Assembly (NCBI GenBank): GCA_963827655.1 | Contig: CAWHCF010000006.1 | Location: 192,001-256,000 of the forward strand | DNA: 64,000 nucleotides | Direction: 5' to 3' | Origin: an uncultured Acidobacteriota bacterium | Lineage (GTDB): Bacteria; Acidobacteriota; UBA6911 | Part shown: one piece after another, positions 27,727-38,290 of the stretch | Layout of the letters: every line of letters starts with the position of its first letter | Position numbering within the stretch: position 1 is the stretch's first letter | Translations under genes and position numbers: made by a program | The notes under the pieces: generated by a model | Seen by the model: the letters and a program-made list of their open reading frames with translations, nothing else | What the model was told of the DNA's origin: nothing | Database searches by the model: none

Positions 27727-28824
27727 ATGAGTGAATTCGCTCGCCTTCGTATCTCTGACGTACTTGTCCGCCCGGTGATCGTCCCAATGAAACGGCAACT
27801 GCGCACAAGTTCCGGCGCGGTCACCCAGGCTCCCTTGCTTCTAATCGACCTTCACACGGAAGAGGGCGTGACGGGACGCTCGTACTTATTCGGCTATCAG
27901 CCGTTCTCCTTGAAGCCCTTGCGCGACCTGGTCTGCTCCCTGGCCGGGATGATTAAAGGTGATACCGTCGCGCCTTTCGACCTGGATCGCAAGCTTCGGA
28001 CTCGGACCAAGTTACTGGGTCCCCACCACCTTCTCGGCATGGCATTGTCGGGTCTGGACATGGCTTCCTGGGACGCGCTTGCCGTGGGCGCCGGGATGCC
28101 GCTGGTCGCCTTGCTTGGAGGCTCGACCAGGAGCGTTCCTGCCTATAACAGCAACGGACTTGGCATCATGCCGGCGGGAGACGCGATCGATGAGGGGATG
28201 CAATTGGTGGAGGAAGGCTTTCGCGCGATCAAAGTCCGCCTGGGCCGTCCCATCGCTGAAGAAGACCTGGCCGTCGTGCGCGCGGTCCGCAAGCAAGTGC
28301 CCGATGACGTCGTGCTGATGGCGGATTTCAACCAGGCGCTCGCGGTCAATGACGCCATACGGCGAGGTCACATGCTGGACGGTGAGGGTCTTCATTGGAT
28401 CGAGGAACCTGTGCGCGCTGACGATTTCGCCGGCTGCGCACGCGTTGCGGCAGCGCTTAAGACCCCGGTGCAAATTGGAGAAAACTTTTCGGGCATTTAT
28501 CAAATGCAGGAGGCGCTGGCTCAGCGAGCTTCCGACTTCGTCATGCCCGACGTACAGCGGATCGGCGGGATAACCGGGTGGCTGCGAGCGGCGGCCCTGG
28601 CTGATGCGGCCGGTTGTGAGATGTCCAGCCACCTTTTCCCGGAGGTCAGCGCGCACCTTTTAGCGGTTACTCCGACGTGCCACTGGCTCGAATATGTCGA
28701 CTGGGCAAGCCCCGTGCTCGAAGAGCAGGTTCGCATTCAGGACGGGCGAGCGATTCTCCCGGATTGTCCGGGCACCGGGCTCAAGTGGAACGAGGGCGCG
28801 GTTAAGCGATTTCAAATCGAATGA
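27727..28824 (+). CDS. Mandelate racemase / muconate lactonising enzyme family
   Basis: KVRLG, MADFNQ, WIEEP, IGENF, MPDVQRIGG, SSHLFPE, WLEY. Confidence 0.9.
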   Translation: MSEFARLRISDVLVRPVIVPMKRQLRTSSGAVTQAPLLLIDLHTEEGVTGRSYLFGYQPFSLKPLRDLVCSLAGMIKGDTVAPFDLDRKLRTRTKLLGPHHLLGMALSGLDMASWDALAVGAGMPLVALLGGSTRSVPAYNSNGLGIMPAGDAIDEGMQLVEEGFRAIKVRLGRPIAEEDLAVVRAVRKQVPDDVVLMADFNQALAVNDAIRRGHMLDGEGLHWIEEPVRADDFAGCARVAAALKTPVQIGENFSGIYQMQEALAQRASDFVMPDVQRIGGITGWLRAAALADAAGCEMSSHLFPEVSAHLLAVTPTCHWLEYVDWASPVLEEQVRIQDGRAILPDCPGTGLKWNEGAVKRFQIE

Positions 28825-28872
28825 TGATAAACCAACCGCCAGGAGAGACGCGGACCCAAAGGATCGGCGCTT

Positions 28873-29680
28873 GTGAATGCCTACGGGGATGACCTGGCCT
28901 ACATCCATGACGTTGGCCACGGAGAGTTTGCCCGAAGCGCCGCCCCCGGCCTGTTGCAATTTCTGCATAACCGGGGAATCACAGCGGGACTCGTGATTGA
29001 CCTGGGCTGCGGGACAGGAATATGGGCGAAGGAGCTCGTTCGCGCGGGCTATGCGGTCCTGGGCATCGACATTTCTCCTTCCATGATCGCCCTCGCCCGC
29101 AAACGTGTGCGCGACGGCGGAATTCCGCACCGAATCGTTGTTAAAGGCCGCACTGCCGGAGTGCGTCGCCGTCACTTCAATCGGGGAGTGCTTCAACTAC
29201 CTCTTCGACACTGCCAATTGCCTGGAACTGCTGGCCGGCTTGTTCAGGCGGATATATGCCGCGTTACAACCGGGCGGCCTGCTGGTCTTCGATATCCTGG
29301 AGCCGGGATACCTGCGCGGGACAGGTTTGCAAAAGAGGTTCCGCGAAGGAAGGGATTGGGCCGTCCTGTCGGAAATCGAGGGAGATCGCAAGCTGGCCCG
29401 GCTGACGCGCCGCATCACCACTTTCCGCAAAGTCGGGAAGCTGTACCGGCGCGGAAACGAAATCCATCGCCAGCAACTGTACCAGGGCTCGGAGCTGGCA
29501 AGGGAACTCCGTGGCGCGGGCTTCGGTATTACGCGGTTGCGCGGCTATGGGCAGCTGCGATTTCCCGGCTCGCATATCGGCTTCCTGGCCGTCAAGCCCG
29601 GTGCACGCGCGAGTTCCCCGCTCGAATCCCGCAAGGCTCCGCTGGTCAAGCCGGCCGTTGTGCCTCGGCGGCGCCTGTGA
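28873..29680 (+). pseudogene. Class I SAM methyltransferase with one frameshift near 29110 (pseudogene or read error)
   Basis: DLGCGTG...GIDISPSMI..ARKRV in one frame continues as AEFR...SIGECFNYLFD...LQPGGLLVFD in another. Confidence 0.75.
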
Positions 29681-29782
29681 TAGGCTTCGCCTAAATCAAT
29701 CGGTCACGGTTGAAGACAGAGTCCCCCCAGATTGTTCTTCTTGGTATTTCTTCGTGTCAAAGTGCAGACAGTGGAGAACGTT

Positions 29783-32700
29783 ATGATCAGCAACCTGGTC
29801 AAGTTTGGATTCGCAGCGCTGTGGGCATTGGTCGCGACGCCGTTCTTGCCGTTAACTTTCGCACAAGTAGAGCAGGGCACCATCACCGGAACCGTCACCG
29901 ATTCCTCGGGCGGAGTCATGCCCAATGCGCGCGTGGTCATTACCAACGTTCAGACCGGGGTTGCGAAAGAGACGCTCACTAACGACGAAGGTTACTATCG
30001 TGTTCCCTATTTGCATCCGGGCAAGTACACGGTAACCGTGGACCAGCAGGGCTTCAGCCCCTCAACCGTATCCGACGTAAACCTCAGCGTCGGGCTCACG
30101 GCAACGGTCAATATCAGTCTCAAGCCAGGCTCGCCGTCCGAAGCCGTCACCGTTACCGCGACCATGGTTCAGCTCGAGCGGGAAAGCGCCTCGCTTGGCA
30201 ACGTGGTTGGAAGTATGCAGCTTATCGAATTGCCGCTCTTCGGCCGGAACCCGTACAGTCTGGTCACACTCGCTCCAGGTGTGATGCCTCGGGGAAACAC
30301 GGGGGTGGGACCCATCATCAACGGCGGCCGTTCGAACACCACCGAAGTTCTGCTGGATGGGGCGGAATCGCGCAATAGCACCACCAACGACATCGCGTAC
30401 ACACCCCCTCTGGAAGTGGTACAGGAATTCAAGGTGATTACCAACAGCATGGCGGCGGAATTCGGCCGGTCCGGTGGAGGCGTCATTACCGCCGCCACAC
30501 GTTCGGGCTCCAATAGGCTCCATGGCAGCTTTTATGAATTTCTGCGCAATGACAAACTGAACGCGAACAGCTGGACCACCAACCGTGTGGGAATCCCCGA
30601 TCCCGAAACCGGCAAGGTTCCCCGCAGTCCATTCAAGCGGAACGAATATGGCCTGGCGCTCGGCGCCCCCGTGGTTCTACCCCGGCTCTATGATGGTCAT
30701 GACCGGACCTTCTTCTTCGTGAATTGGGAACAGATCAAGCAGCGTTCGCCCGACGACTACATTGTGACCGTTCCAACCGCTCTGGAAAGACGGGGCGATT
30801 TCTCCCAGACTCTGGACGCCCGAGGAAGCCTGGTTCGCGTTTTTGATCCTGCCACGACGCGCCCCGATCCGGCGCGTGCCGGCTCTTTCCTGCGCGATCA
30901 GTTTCCCGGCAACCAGATTCCAGCCAATCGCATCGATCCGATAACCAGCCGCATCCTGGAATTCTATCCTCTTCCCAACCGTTCGACACTGACCCAGAAC
31001 TTCGTGTTGCCGGCGTCGCGTCTGGATGACACGTGGAAACTGTTCTTCAGAGTCGATCACAACATCGGAACCAAGCAGCATCTGTTCTTCACCTACGGTC
31101 GAGCCGACAATCCTCGCGCCTCACCCGGAATCAATGAAGCCTTTCCGGGTGAAGGGACCAATGGACAAAACGGAAGCATCGAGAGTCACCCGCGCACGGC
31201 GGTCCTCAGCGATACTGTCACCTTCGCCCCCAGCCTGATCGGAGAATTTCGCGCCAGTTTCACGCGCTCCCACACGATCGCTACGCCGCGCAGCGTCGGT
31301 TTCGATTACAGCCAGCTCGGGCTTCAGCCGTCGCTTCAAGCGTACGGCAAGAGCCTCCTGTTTCCCCGCATCGATGTTACCGATGTGGCGTCGCTGGGAC
31401 CGGATCGGGCGTCGTATTTCGACGATGCCGAGAATGCGCAGGAATTCCAGAGCCATCTGACCTGGGTGCGAGGCGCTCACTCGATCAAATCAGGATTTGA
31501 TTTTACTTTCATGGCCTTCAATGTCTTTCGTCCGGAGCGCCCCGCCGGATTGTATTCTTTCGCCCGCACGTTTACTCAAGGACCGGACCCGCTGACCACA
31601 GGGACGACGTCCGGGTTCGGACCAGCCACGTTCCTGCTCGGCGCCCCGAGCGGCGGGCAGATTACCAGCGATCCGTCGCTGGCTGCATCCCAGCGTTATT
31701 GGGCCGGATATGTGCAAGACGATTGGAAACTCCGGCGCAACTTCACCTTGAACCTGGGGCTTCGATGGGAATACCAGACCCCATGGACGGACCGTTTCGA
31801 TCAGCTGGCGTTTTTCGAGCCGGATTTGATAGAGCCGCTTTCGGGTCAAAAAGGTGTGTTGCAATTCGTGGGACGCGACGGAAACTCGCGCTACCAGTCG
31901 GATCCGGACAAAAACAACATTGCTCCACGCTTCGGCCTGGCATGGCAGGTTACCAACGAGACCGTGCTCCGGGCCGGGTACGGGCTGTTTTATTTCCCCG
32001 GCAGCGGAGGCATCGGCGCGGGCGCCAGCGACTTGGGAAGTGGATTCCTGGCCAGCACCGCGATTTTCCTGGGGCAGCCACCTGCGGCGCCCAACACGCC
32101 TCCGGCCGGAGCTTCGCTGGTGGACCCGTTTCAAGCCGGATTTCTGCTTTCCCCGACGACCGGCGTGGGAGGCGGCGTTACTACAATGTTTCGCGACTGG
32201 GTCACTCCGTACAACCAGCAGTGGAACCTGAATATTCAGCGCTCGCTGACCAGGAACACGATCGTCGAAGTCGCCTACGTCGGTAGCCGCGGTCAGCGTA
32301 TCTGGGTCAATCGATCCCGAAATGCAGTGAGTGCGGACTTCCTTACACTCGGTACTGCGCTGAACGATCTGGTGCCCAATCCCTTCTTCGGCAAGATTCC
32401 CGGCTTCGGCGCGTCCGCCAATGTGCGCCGATCCCAGCTACTGAAACCTTTTCCTCATTATGACGGTGTCACCCGGTTTCGAGACCCGGTGGGCGATTCC
32501 ACCTACCATGGCATGACACTGCGGCTGGACAAACAATTCGGACAGGGCTTGATGTTTCAGGCTTCGTATACCTTCAGCAAGCTGATCGACAACGTGCAGG
32601 AGCGATTCGGCGCAGGCACATCGTTCATTGATCCTAACAATCTGAGGCTTTCGCGTTCCATTTCGGAAGATGACCGGCCTCAGCTTCTGGTAGCTAATTA

Positions 32701-33211
32701 CATTTATGCGCTCCCCTTCGGTCCGGGACAGAAATGGATGGCCAACGGCCGGGCGGCAAGCTGGCTGGGAAACTGGCAGGTCAGCGGTATCACGAGCTTT
32801 GCCAGCGGCCGGCCGCTGGCTATCTCCGGCCCCAACAATACTCAACTTCCCGGAGTCAGCGCCTATGCCCAGCGGCTGAAGGCGGCGCAACTTCCCGACA
32901 ACGAGCAGACGCTGGATCGATGGTTTGACACGACGGCCTTCGCTCCTGCGCCGGCTTTTTCTTTGGGAACGGACTCGCGGACCCAGCCGGATCTGCGCGG
33001 ACCGGGCATCGCCATATGGGACATCGGTCTTCACCGCAATCAGCGGATCAACGAGCGTGTCAATATCCAGTTCCGGGCCGAATTCCAGAACGCATTCAAC
33101 ATGCCGCAATTTGCCCAACCGAACACCAGCGTCACTGCCGCTGATTTTGGAAGGATTACCACCGGCGGCTCGCCGCGCGTAATCCAGTTTGGACTGCGCA
33201 TTTCTTACTGA
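29783..33211 (+). CDS. TonB-dependent receptor (Oar-like, carboxypeptidase-regulatory N-domain)
   Basis: GTITGTVTDSSGGV, LPLFGRN, QEFKVITN..AEFGRSGG, QDDWK, C-terminal PRVIQFGLRISY. Confidence 0.93.
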   Translation: MISNLVKFGFAALWALVATPFLPLTFAQVEQGTITGTVTDSSGGVMPNARVVITNVQTGVAKETLTNDEGYYRVPYLHPGKYTVTVDQQGFSPSTVSDVNLSVGLTATVNISLKPGSPSEAVTVTATMVQLERESASLGNVVGSMQLIELPLFGRNPYSLVTLAPGVMPRGNTGVGPIINGGRSNTTEVLLDGAESRNSTTNDIAYTPPLEVVQEFKVITNSMAAEFGRSGGGVITAATRSGSNRLHGSFYEFLRNDKLNANSWTTNRVGIPDPETGKVPRSPFKRNEYGLALGAPVVLPRLYDGHDRTFFFVNWEQIKQRSPDDYIVTVPTALERRGDFSQTLDARGSLVRVFDPATTRPDPARAGSFLRDQFPGNQIPANRIDPITSRILEFYPLPNRSTLTQNFVLPASRLDDTWKLFFRVDHNIGTKQHLFFTYGRADNPRASPGINEAFPGEGTNGQNGSIESHPRTAVLSDTVTFAPSLIGEFRASFTRSHTIATPRSVGFDYSQLGLQPSLQAYGKSLLFPRIDVTDVASLGPDRASYFDDAENAQEFQSHLTWVRGAHSIKSGFDFTFMAFNVFRPERPAGLYSFARTFTQGPDPLTTGTTSGFGPATFLLGAPSGGQITSDPSLAASQRYWAGYVQDDWKLRRNFTLNLGLRWEYQTPWTDRFDQLAFFEPDLIEPLSGQKGVLQFVGRDGNSRYQSDPDKNNIAPRFGLAWQVTNETVLRAGYGLFYFPGSGGIGAGASDLGSGFLASTAIFLGQPPAAPNTPPAGASLVDPFQAGFLLSPTTGVGGGVTTMFRDWVTPYNQQWNLNIQRSLTRNTIVEVAYVGSRGQRIWVNRSRNAVSADFLTLGTALNDLVPNPFFGKIPGFGASANVRRSQLLKPFPHYDGVTRFRDPVGDSTYHGMTLRLDKQFGQGLMFQASYTFSKLIDNVQERFGAGTSFIDPNNLRLSRSISEDDRPQLLVANYIYALPFGPGQKWMANGRAASWLGNWQVSGITSFASGRPLAISGPNNTQLPGVSAYAQRLKAAQLPDNEQTLDRWFDTTAFAPAPAFSLGTDSRTQPDLRGPGIAIWDIGLHRNQRINERVNIQFRAEFQNAFNMPQFAQPNTSVTAADFGRITTGGSPRVIQFGLRISY

Positions 33212-33212
33212 A

Positions 33213-34268
33213 ATGTGTGGCGCGCTGGTTCTGTTCTTCCTTGCCTTCCAGACCCCGATGACCTTCGGCGTCTATCCAACCTACCCCGCAGCGGGACCGC
33301 TTCAGGGCAAGTCACCGGCCGAGCAAGCTCAGCTTCTTAGATCAATCGGCATTAACCTGGCCGGCGGGCGATTCAGGAATGACGATGTCCCGAACGCGCT
33401 GCGCGCCGCAAAAATCGACACCCTGGGCCTGGTGGTCTTGTGGCAAGGCGAGGAACACTGGAAGTCGCACCCGGAGTCACGACCGATCACAGCCAGTGGC
33501 CATCCGCTATTCAAGGATCGATGGTATGCGGGAATATGTCCGAACCAGGACTGGCTTCGCCGCCAAAAGCTCGCCGAGATTGAAGCCATGCTGCGAAGTG
33601 GCCGTTATGACGTCATCAATCTCGACTTCATTCGCTATCCGGTCCACTGGGAGGTCCCCGAGCCGAAGATTCCGGACACCTGCTACTGTGCGGCCTGTCT
33701 GACCAAGTTTCAGAACGACACCGGCATTGGGATACCCCGCGGGCTGGGCGACGTGCCGGCCAAGGCTGCCTGGATCAAGTCCAACCATGCCGAACTCTGG
33801 TATCGATGGCGGGCCGAACAGATCACCGGTTTCTGTGCCGAGGTCAAGCGGCTTCGAGACCGGATCCGTCCCGCGACAAAGATTGCGCTCGCGGCTGTTC
33901 CGTGGCAACCGTCGGACTACGGGAACGCCATTTACAAAGTTGTGGGACAGGACTTCCGCGCGCTGGCCAAAGTCATCGACGTGTTCAACCCGATGTCTTA
34001 TCACGTTCTGAATCAGCGCCCGGTAGCCTGGATCGGAGAGGTGAACGACCACCTGGTTCGTGAAACCGGCCGGCCGGTCTGGCCCTTTGTGATTTTCGAT
34101 AAGGACAAGACTCTCGCGGCCGGCCAATGGAACGAGATCTTTCGTCAGGCTCTTGCCGGCGGCGCCAGCGGGTTCATCGCGTTTCCCTACCCGAATATCT
34201 GGCGATCCTCCGGAGAGAGTGCTCTGCTGGAATTCTTGAAGAAGAGTGCCGGTGGTGTCAGGCCCTGA
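33213..34268 (+). CDS. Putative glycoside hydrolase (GHL10/DUF187-like TIM barrel)
   Basis: ICPNQ, INLDFIRYP, CYCAAC, GQDF, PMSYH; directly follows the TonB receptor. Confidence 0.65.
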   Translation: MCGALVLFFLAFQTPMTFGVYPTYPAAGPLQGKSPAEQAQLLRSIGINLAGGRFRNDDVPNALRAAKIDTLGLVVLWQGEEHWKSHPESRPITASGHPLFKDRWYAGICPNQDWLRRQKLAEIEAMLRSGRYDVINLDFIRYPVHWEVPEPKIPDTCYCAACLTKFQNDTGIGIPRGLGDVPAKAAWIKSNHAELWYRWRAEQITGFCAEVKRLRDRIRPATKIALAAVPWQPSDYGNAIYKVVGQDFRALAKVIDVFNPMSYHVLNQRPVAWIGEVNDHLVRETGRPVWPFVIFDKDKTLAAGQWNEIFRQALAGGASGFIAFPYPNIWRSSGESALLEFLKKSAGGVRP

Positions 34269-35415
34269 GGGATGTCACAATGGTTCGCCGGGCGGCAAGC
34301 AGAGCGGGAAGGAAACCTCCGAATGCCCCCATCAGCGCGGCAAACCCGATCCCCATCGCCAGCATCTCCGGCGTGATCCGGAAATGAAACGCCAGTTCGG
34401 AGAAGGTGTTGAAGTTCATCGTCCCGGTCGAGACCCCGTGGATGGGGATGGCCAGCAAACCTCCGACAATGCCGCCGGCCACGGCAAGCAGCACCGATTC
34501 TAATAGAAAGGCGAACAGCACCTCCCGGCGCCGGAACCCCAGGACTTGAAGGGTCCCGATCTCGCGCGTGCGATAAGCTACGGAGGCGTACATGGCATTC
34601 ATCGCCGCAAAACAGGCCCCAACCGACATCACGAAGGCGATGAAGGAACCCAGGATTTTGATGGGGGCCGAAGCCCGGGTCTGATCGCGAAAATACTCGA
34701 TCTCGGGACGTGCCTGAAGGTGGAGGCGGCGATCCTGGTCGATTCGTTGCACAAGAGAGTTCACGGCAGCCGGGTCGACCGCCCGAAGCAGCATGGACGA
34801 AAAGTGGGAACGGTCGAATTCGTCCCCTACCGCATTGACGTCGGCCCAGATCTCGGAGTCGTAGGCGGTACCGGCTGCGTCGAAAAACCCTACGACCTCC
34901 CACGGATTGCCTCCGTCCAGGCGCAGCGGCTGGCCGATCTCCATGGCGAAACGGCGTGCCAGCACCCGGCTGGTAATGACCTCCCGCAGGCCGCTCTTGA
35001 ACAGACGCCCCTCCACCAGCTGGACCTGAGGCCGCAGCAGCAGTCCGGCGGATGACGTTCCCCGCATGGTCACCATGGCTCGCTCACCCCCGGAACGCGG
35101 TAGAAACATCAGGACCTGCATTTCGGCCGAAACCATCGGCTCCCCGGAACTGTCTCTTGCAATTCCCTCCAGGTACTTCAGGGTCTGGAGTTTTTCGCGC
35201 TCGATGCTGCTATTGGTCTCAACCTGCGCTCCCTGGCGAATCACCACCAGGTTCAGCGGGTGTCCGGTCGAGGTGAGAGCGGACTCCAGCCCCCGCGAAA
35301 GAGCCATAACCGAGATGAAGACCGCGACGGTCGCGGCCACGCTGAGCACCGCCATGAAGGTGCCGGTGCGCCGCACCACGACGCTGCGGAAATTGTATTT
35401 GAAAGGAATCGCCAT
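34258..35415 (-). CDS. ABC transporter permease (MacB/FtsX-like)
   Basis: TM-periplasmic-TM layout; RTREIGTLQVLGF...ES...GG..PA. Confidence 0.9.
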   Translation of the reverse strand: MAIPFKYNFRSVVVRRTGTFMAVLSVAATVAVFISVMALSRGLESALTSTGHPLNLVVIRQGAQVETNSSIEREKLQTLKYLEGIARDSSGEPMVSAEMQVLMFLPRSGGERAMVTMRGTSSAGLLLRPQVQLVEGRLFKSGLREVITSRVLARRFAMEIGQPLRLDGGNPWEVVGFFDAAGTAYDSEIWADVNAVGDEFDRSHFSSMLLRAVDPAAVNSLVQRIDQDRRLHLQARPEIEYFRDQTRASAPIKILGSFIAFVMSVGACFAAMNAMYASVAYRTREIGTLQVLGFRRREVLFAFLLESVLLAVAGGIVGGLLAIPIHGVSTGTMNFNTFSELAFHFRITPEMLAMGIGFAALMGAFGGFLPALLAARRTIVTSLRA

Positions 35416-35425
35416 GTGGAAAAGT

Positions 35426-36574
35426 TCAACCGGTATAGCGCAGAGCGTCCGCGATGTTCAGGCTCGAGGCGCGATACGCGGGAAATCCGGAGGCCATCAG
35501 GGCAACCAGGACCGAAAGCGCGAATCCGATCGCAAGCGACTCGGGCTGGACCCGCAGGACCGTAAAGAAGCCCCCGGTGGCCTTCTGCAAATCGACATTG
35601 GAAAATAACAGCCACGCGCCGACGCAGCCGAGCAGCCACCCGGCCATCGCGATCATGAGAGACTCTCCCACGAGCAGGCCGACAATGCGAGAACGGGTGA
35701 ATCCGAGGGACTTCATGACGCCCAGCTCGGCCGTGCGCTCGCGGATGTTCATTCCCATGGTCGTGGCGGTCACCAGCAAGATGGTAAAGACCACGACCGC
35801 CGAGATGCTGCTGACGAGGAATTTCAAATTCCCCATCAGGCCGCTGAAACTGAGCTGAAATCCCTTTTCAGTCTCGGTCTTGGTTGGAGCGCCCGAGTTA
35901 CGAAACATGTCATCCACTCCCTGGATAATTCTCGGCACATCTTCACGGCTTTGGGCCACAAGGGTGAACCATGCGGCCTGGCCGATCCGGCCCAGGGATT
36001 CATCCAGGTAATCCCAGCGAAACATCAAGGCCGCTTCATCGGGAGGATTGATGGACGTGAACCGGCCGACCAGAATCAGTTCGAGGTCCGTAGGATAGTT
36101 CGTCCCCTTCAAGGTTATGCGATCACCAATCTTCCAACCGAATCGGTCGAATAACCGGGTACCCGCGATAGCCGCATTCCGCTGCTTGCGGAACTCAGCC
36201 TTCTGCTCGTCGGGTAACTGGATCTCCGGCATGATGTCGAACACCTTTTCATGATCCACGGTGAACTGGGCGAAGAAATCCTTCTCATCGATGTAGATTC
36301 CGCCATACCAGTTACCCGGCATCACATCCCGCACACCTGGGACTCTTTTCATTCTCTCGAGATACGCAATCGGCAGCGGGTTAGTGAAGGAAACCACATG
36401 GCGGCTCACCAGGCGCAGGTCGCTTAACGGCGCGGCCGAGACGGCCTGCAGTTCGGAGAGCACAGTGCGCAGCGTGGTCAGCAAGAAAAGCGAGGCGGCC
36501 AGGCTGAGGGCCGTCAGCAAGGAGCGCCGCTTGTTGCGCAAGGCATTCTTCCAGATCAAGGCGGAATATTTCAT
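35426..36574 (-). CDS. ABC transporter permease (MacB/FtsX-like)
   Basis: RNKRRSLLT, RERTAELGVMKSLGF, PAYRAS. Confidence 0.9.
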   Translation of the reverse strand: MKYSALIWKNALRNKRRSLLTALSLAASLFLLTTLRTVLSELQAVSAAPLSDLRLVSRHVVSFTNPLPIAYLERMKRVPGVRDVMPGNWYGGIYIDEKDFFAQFTVDHEKVFDIMPEIQLPDEQKAEFRKQRNAAIAGTRLFDRFGWKIGDRITLKGTNYPTDLELILVGRFTSINPPDEAALMFRWDYLDESLGRIGQAAWFTLVAQSREDVPRIIQGVDDMFRNSGAPTKTETEKGFQLSFSGLMGNLKFLVSSISAVVVFTILLVTATTMGMNIRERTAELGVMKSLGFTRSRIVGLLVGESLMIAMAGWLLGCVGAWLLFSNVDLQKATGGFFTVLRVQPESLAIGFALSVLVALMASGFPAYRASSLNIADALRYTG

Positions 36575-36596
36575 GGCTGAATTCTACCACGCCGGA

Positions 36597-36713
36597 ACGA
36601 TTGACGATTTACGATTGACGATTGACGATTGACGATTGACGATTGAAAAAAAGCTCGGCGGCTAATCGCCCAGCTGTTTTTCAATCGTCAATCGTAAATC
36701 GTAAATCGTCAAT
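36597..36713. repeat. Inverted 7-mer arrays forming a ~115-bp hairpin
   Basis: (ACGATTG)x7, self-complementary spacer, then (CAATCGT/AAATCGT)x4. Confidence 0.9.
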
Positions 36714-36730
36714 AAGAATGGGGAACGACA

Positions 36731-38126
36731 ATGACCTTTCTATCTCGCTTCGCTCGTTTGCCATCCTTCCGTTTGAGTGGGGCATGCGTGGCTCTGCTCG
36801 CGCTGGTGTCGGGACCTGCCCAAGACGGAGCTCGAGGAGTCAACTGGCCTTCCTTTCGGGGCCTCAACGGCAGCGGAATTTCGGAGGGATACTCAACCCC
36901 TGCCCGATGGAACGCCGAGACCGGCGAAAACGTTGGATGGAAAACGCCGATTCCGGGTCTGGGCCATTCGAGCCCCACGGTTTGGGAAAACATGATCTTT
37001 GTAACCAGCGCCGTCAGCGGCCAGGAAAAGCCGGTCCTGAAAGTCGGCTTGTATGGCGATATCGCTCCCGTGAATGACGACACGGTTCACAGCTGGCGGG
37101 TTTATTGCCTGGACAGGCGCACCGGTCGCCAACGTATGGGAGCAGACCGCGCACGCCGGCGTTCCTAAAATCAAAAGACATACCAAAGCGACGCATGCGA
37201 ATTCCACGGTGGCGACCGACGGGAAGCACGTAGTGGCATTTTTCGGCTCGGAGGGACTCTACTGTTATGACCTGAAAGGAAAGCTACTGTGGAAGAAAGA
37301 CCTCGGGCTGCTGGATTCCGGCTACTATGTCGTCCCTTCGGCTCAGTGGGGATCAGCCAGCTCGCCGATCATCTACAAAAACACGGTCATCGTTCAGTGC
37401 GACGTCCAGAAAGGCTCGTTCATCGCGGCCTTCAGTCTCAAAGATGGAGGCGAGATCTGGCGCACGCCTCGAAATGACGTCCCGACCTGGAGCACTCCGG
37501 CGATCTTCGAGACCGGCTCGCGGGCGCAGCTCATAGTCAATGGGTACAGACACATTGGCGGCTATGATGCCGCGACCGGACAGGAAATCTGGAAACTTAC
37601 CGGCGGTGGAGACATCCCGGTGCCAACTCCAGTCATCGCCCATGGCCTGGTCTTCATCACCAACGCTCACGGCCGCATGGCTCCCATCTACGCGGTCCGC
37701 CTGGGCGCAACCGGTGACATTTCTCTCAAAGGCGAAGAGAAGGCGAACCAGCATATAGCCTGGAGTCAGACGCGGGAAGGGGCTTACATGCAGACGCCGC
37801 TCGTCTACGGAGACTATCTCTACACCTGCAGAGACAACGGCGTACTCAGTTGTTATGAGGCCAGAACCGGAAATCGCGTTTATCAGGTGCGCCTCGCCGA
37901 TGGCCGGACCGGGTTCACCGCTTCCCCGGTCGCCGGGGATGGAAAGATCTATTTCACGAGCGAGGAGGGCGAGATCCATGTCGTAAAAGCAGGGCCGGAA
38001 TTTGAACTGCTTGCCAAGAACCCGATGGGCGAAATCTGCATGGCCACGCCTGCCATTTCCGAGGGATCGCTCTTTTTCCGCACTCAGGGGCATCTGGTTG
38101 CCATCTCGGAAAAATCCAAGCGGTAA
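36731..38126 (+). pseudogene. PQQ-binding-like/BamB-type beta-propeller protein, frameshift near 37125
   Basis: WPSFRG, WKTPIPGLGHSSP...CLDRRTG continues as VWEQTA...ANSTVATDG...ASSP...WSTP...ATPAIS in another frame. Confidence 0.8.
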
Positions 38127-38290
38127 GCCTATTCACGCGAAGTATTGCCGGCCGCGACCGAGACATGCAGAGCCGACTCCTACCGCTCCAATCAGCTTCC
38201 TAGCCGCAACGAATAAAATCCACCACTAAGACGCTAGAACCTCAGAGCGATCTTGTGGACAGAGTGGGGTTCCGTAGTATCCTTGACACC

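Noticed and set aside
29095-29125. Programmed ribosomal frameshift in the methyltransferase (and at 37125)
   Set aside because: No slippery heptamer or stimulatory structure seen; a single-base indel explains it.
36597-36713. CRISPR array or Rho-independent terminator
   Set aside because: 7-mer tandem units without spacers, lying between divergent genes where a terminator makes little sense.
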